A stretch of DNA of 64,000 nucleotides, taken from Macrostomum lignano. Taxonomy: Eukaryota. The notes under the pieces are model-generated. The model was not told the origin of the DNA, made no database searches, and was given only the letters and a program-made list of their open reading frames with translations. Position 1 is the first letter of the stretch; every line of letters starts with the position of its first letter. This document shows, one piece after another, positions 61,118 to 64,000 of this stretch. The stretch is from positions 1 to 64,000 of the forward strand of contig NIVC01000554.1 in NCBI GenBank assembly GCA_002269645.1. The letters are read 5' to 3'. A program made the translations under genes and the position numbers.

Positions 61118-62904
61118 TATGTATGCCTGTCTTGTGTCTTCCCTTAAGAAAATGCTTGTGTTGTATGACTACTTCACTGATTTGGCGTAAATGAGAGTTG
61201 CATGCAGTTATTGCAAATTGTAGTAGTTTTTTTAGTCAAATAGAAGATAGAATTAGAAATGGAAAGCTAAAAAAGAAAGTTGTTTTCGCATATTAGCGCC
61301 TTTTTCTCTATGACAAAAAAGAAATTTGTTCCTACAATTTTTTTCTTATCCTGCGATAATTTCTTTGGTTGCTGTAGGCCTAGTGGCAACACTGATACCA
61401 TGTATGCACATTGTTTAGTTGGAGAAGCATGTTATAGAATATTAGGCCCTATAGAAAATAGAAATATGCTACAATACTTCATTATGACATTAGCCTATAA
61501 TATAGTGAATATGCTATAGTATTAAGCTTTCACTAATAAGCACTAATAAGCAAGACACCAATGCGACGCAAATATAGGCCTATGTGTATAGGCTTAGGCA
61601 TATTAATACTTAGCCCAATAATATATATTCTATACCTACATATACAATGGAATCAACCATAGGTGTTAGACTGTTTCAAAAAGTAGGGGCCAGACAACTG
61701 TTGATGATGCTAACACTCACAGTCTACTTTGGCCATAGTTTGGAGCAGTCAATATGTACCACAAAAAAATGATCAAATTTTTTGTGTATGGCAATGTACA
61801 CTGAATAGTGAATATATATATTACCTTAGCAAAGCTTCAACTTGTCAATTTTGTAATGGTACTACTAGACTATTGATTTTGATATTGAATTTCAATTAGA
61901 TAAATTTAAAAGATAAAAAAATTATTAATACATGTATGATGTTTCATATATATAAAGAAAAAAACAAAATTCATTAATTTTTGTTAAAATTTTAAACCAT
62001 TACCTTGTAAAAAACATGATAATCAGTTTAGCATTAATAGTTGTTAAATTTTACAAGTATAATGCATGGACAACTATTATTAATAATATGTTTTTAATTT
62101 TTTTGTGCAAGTCACACCAAAATATTATACATGTACACCAAAGACCAAAAGCCTAAAATCACTTTTTGTATGCTAACATGTATGCCAAATTTCTTGAGTG
62201 TACCCCAGAAATTCCCAGTGTATATGCCTTCTTCCAGACTATAGTACTTTGGTTATAGCCACTTCAGTACCAGCCATTTTGGTAACAAAATGTAGAAAAA
62301 ATGCCAAGAAGGGATTATAGAGCTATTTAAAAGATTTCTTCACTGATATAATTGCATTAACTAATATATACTGAGCTGATATATTAGTTTTATTAGAATA
62401 ATAATTTCCTAGAAAATGGCTTAGGCCAATGCTAAAGCAGTTAATAGAATACTAGGCTATATATATGTTATGTATTTTGTGGCTATGATATGATCATACC
62501 TTACAATTTAAACTTTTACTTAATTTAAAATTGGCAAATTTCAAAAAAAAATTTACATTTTAAACAAAGTAGATACTGCTTTTAAATTATGGTGAATACA
62601 CTTATACCTCATTAACAAAAAATAAAATCCCTTTCAATCACGTAAAAATCATTAATCTAATTGTCAGTTAGGGCCTATCTCAGATACTTCTTAGACAAAA
62701 TTTTATTAGATAAAACAAACTAGAGTCTGCTGAGCATATCTATACATACTATATCTATATTTTTATAAACAGGAGTCAATGGAATATATAGAATTGCTTT
62801 ATAGTAATTTTAGGATAGTTTTATCAAAGGTATTGTATGAAGGTAAGATACTTAAGGGTATAGACATTGAAATTATATAAAAATTTTGGTTTATGGAAAT
62901 CAGT

Positions 62905-63230
62905 CTCACCTGAAGTCATAGCTAAGTATGCCAGTCCCACCTGAAGCCAAAGCTAAGTATGCCAGTCCCACCTGAAGCCAAAGCTAAGTATGCCAGTCCC
63001 CCTTGAAGCCATAGATAAGTATGCCAGTCCCACCTGAAGCCAAAGCTAAGTATGCCAGTCCCACCTGAAGCCAAAGCTAAGTATGCCAGTCCTACCTGAA
63101 GCCATAGATAAGTATGCCAGTCCCACCTGAAGCCATAGCTAAGTATGCCAGTCCCACCTGAAGCCACAGATACGTATGCCAGTCCCACCTGAAGCCATAG
63201 CTAAGTATGCCAGTCCCACCTGAAGCCATA
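62905..63230. repeat. 31-bp minisatellite (gctaagtatgccagtcccacctgaagccaaa) x~10
   Basis: Period measured 62921 to 62952. Confidence 0.95.
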
Positions 63231-63402
63231 AAAAAATCCTGTTACACGAAAATTGAAAAAATGCTCGTACTGTAAAAAAAGGTTTCAGATCTTAATAAAA
63301 TACAGTGTAACTAAATTGCATGGATAGCTTAGATGTGTCGATAATGGCAGTTCGAATTCCATTGTCAATCCGCAGTCGGCCTCAGGTGCCAGAAGTCTGT
63401 CA

Positions 63403-63732
63403 ATGCGGGCTGTGCTAGTTGACAAACCGGGACCACCCGACGAGTCCATGCGACTCGCTCATGACGTGCCAGTGCCGCAGGCGGCGCCAGGTGAACTGCT
63501 AATCCAGGTAGCCTACACGGGACTGAACCGAGCCGACCTGTTGCAGAGAATGGGTCGATACAATCCGCCGAAAGGTGCTTCCAACATCATGGGATTGGAG
63601 GTGTCAGGTCTGGTCAAACAGGTTGGCCCAGGCAATGTCGGTATGGCTTCGAGATTTCGACCCGGCGATCGGGTTATGGCGCTGCTTGCTGGCGGTGGCT
63701 ACGCAGACTATGTTAATGTGTCCGCCGAGTTG
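63403..63732 (+). CDS. NADPH quinone oxidoreductase, PIG3/zeta-crystallin MDR family; first coding exon only, gene continues beyond the window
   Basis: GLNRADLLQRMGRYNPPKGASNIMGLEVSG and GDRVMALLAGGGYADYV are PIG3(TP53I3)-family motifs; donor TTG|gtgagt at 63733. Confidence 0.88.
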
Positions 63733-63799
63733 GTGAGTCCGAGGATTACGAAATTGAGCACTCTGGTTGCTATGCTAAGTGCTTTCAATTACTTGCCTA

Positions 63800-64000
63800 G
63801 GAACTATAGTTCCTGTGGTTGCTAGGGGCTATAGTTCCTGTGGTTGCTAGGGGCTATAGTTCCTGTGGTTGCTAGGGGCTATAGTTCCTGTGGTTGCTAG
63901 GGGCTATAGTTCCTGTGGTTGCTAGGGGCTATAGTTCCTGTGGTTGCTAGGGGCTATAGTTCCTGTGGTTGCTAGGGGCTATAGTTCCTGTGGTTGCTAG
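63800..64000. repeat. 25-bp minisatellite (ggggctatagttcctgtggttgcta) in the oxidoreductase intron, running off the window
   Basis: Period measured 63804 to 63829. Confidence 0.95.

Overview
Eukaryotic (animal) genomic DNA with spliced, GC- and Ala-rich genes embedded in many unrelated tandem-repeat arrays. The gene set and repeat style suggest a lophotrochozoan, probably a free-living flatworm such as Macrostomum (inference only). Genes reconstructed by hand from GT-AG junctions with consistent phases: a 7-cadherin-repeat protocadherin (+), TNFAIP8/TIPE (-), an orphan MATH-fold protein (-), a GT32/DXD glycosyltransferase (-), an orphan low-complexity gene (+), a co-oriented run of PSMD10 (1-nt frameshift), PHF10-like, TOMM22 and XPO4 (+), a candidate neuropeptide precursor (+), and exon 1 of a PIG3-type quinone oxidoreductase (+). 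An AT-rich island at about 26-34 kb holds non-autonomous DNA transposons with terminal inverted repeats (TIRs) and target-site duplications (TSDs) read from the sequence. These include a three-level nest and an 804-bp hAT-type element carrying a degenerate 28S rDNA fragment around the R2/I-PpoI target site. No CRISPR array, intact rRNA or tRNA gene, or intact transposase was found. No database search could be run, so family assignments rest on motif recognition.
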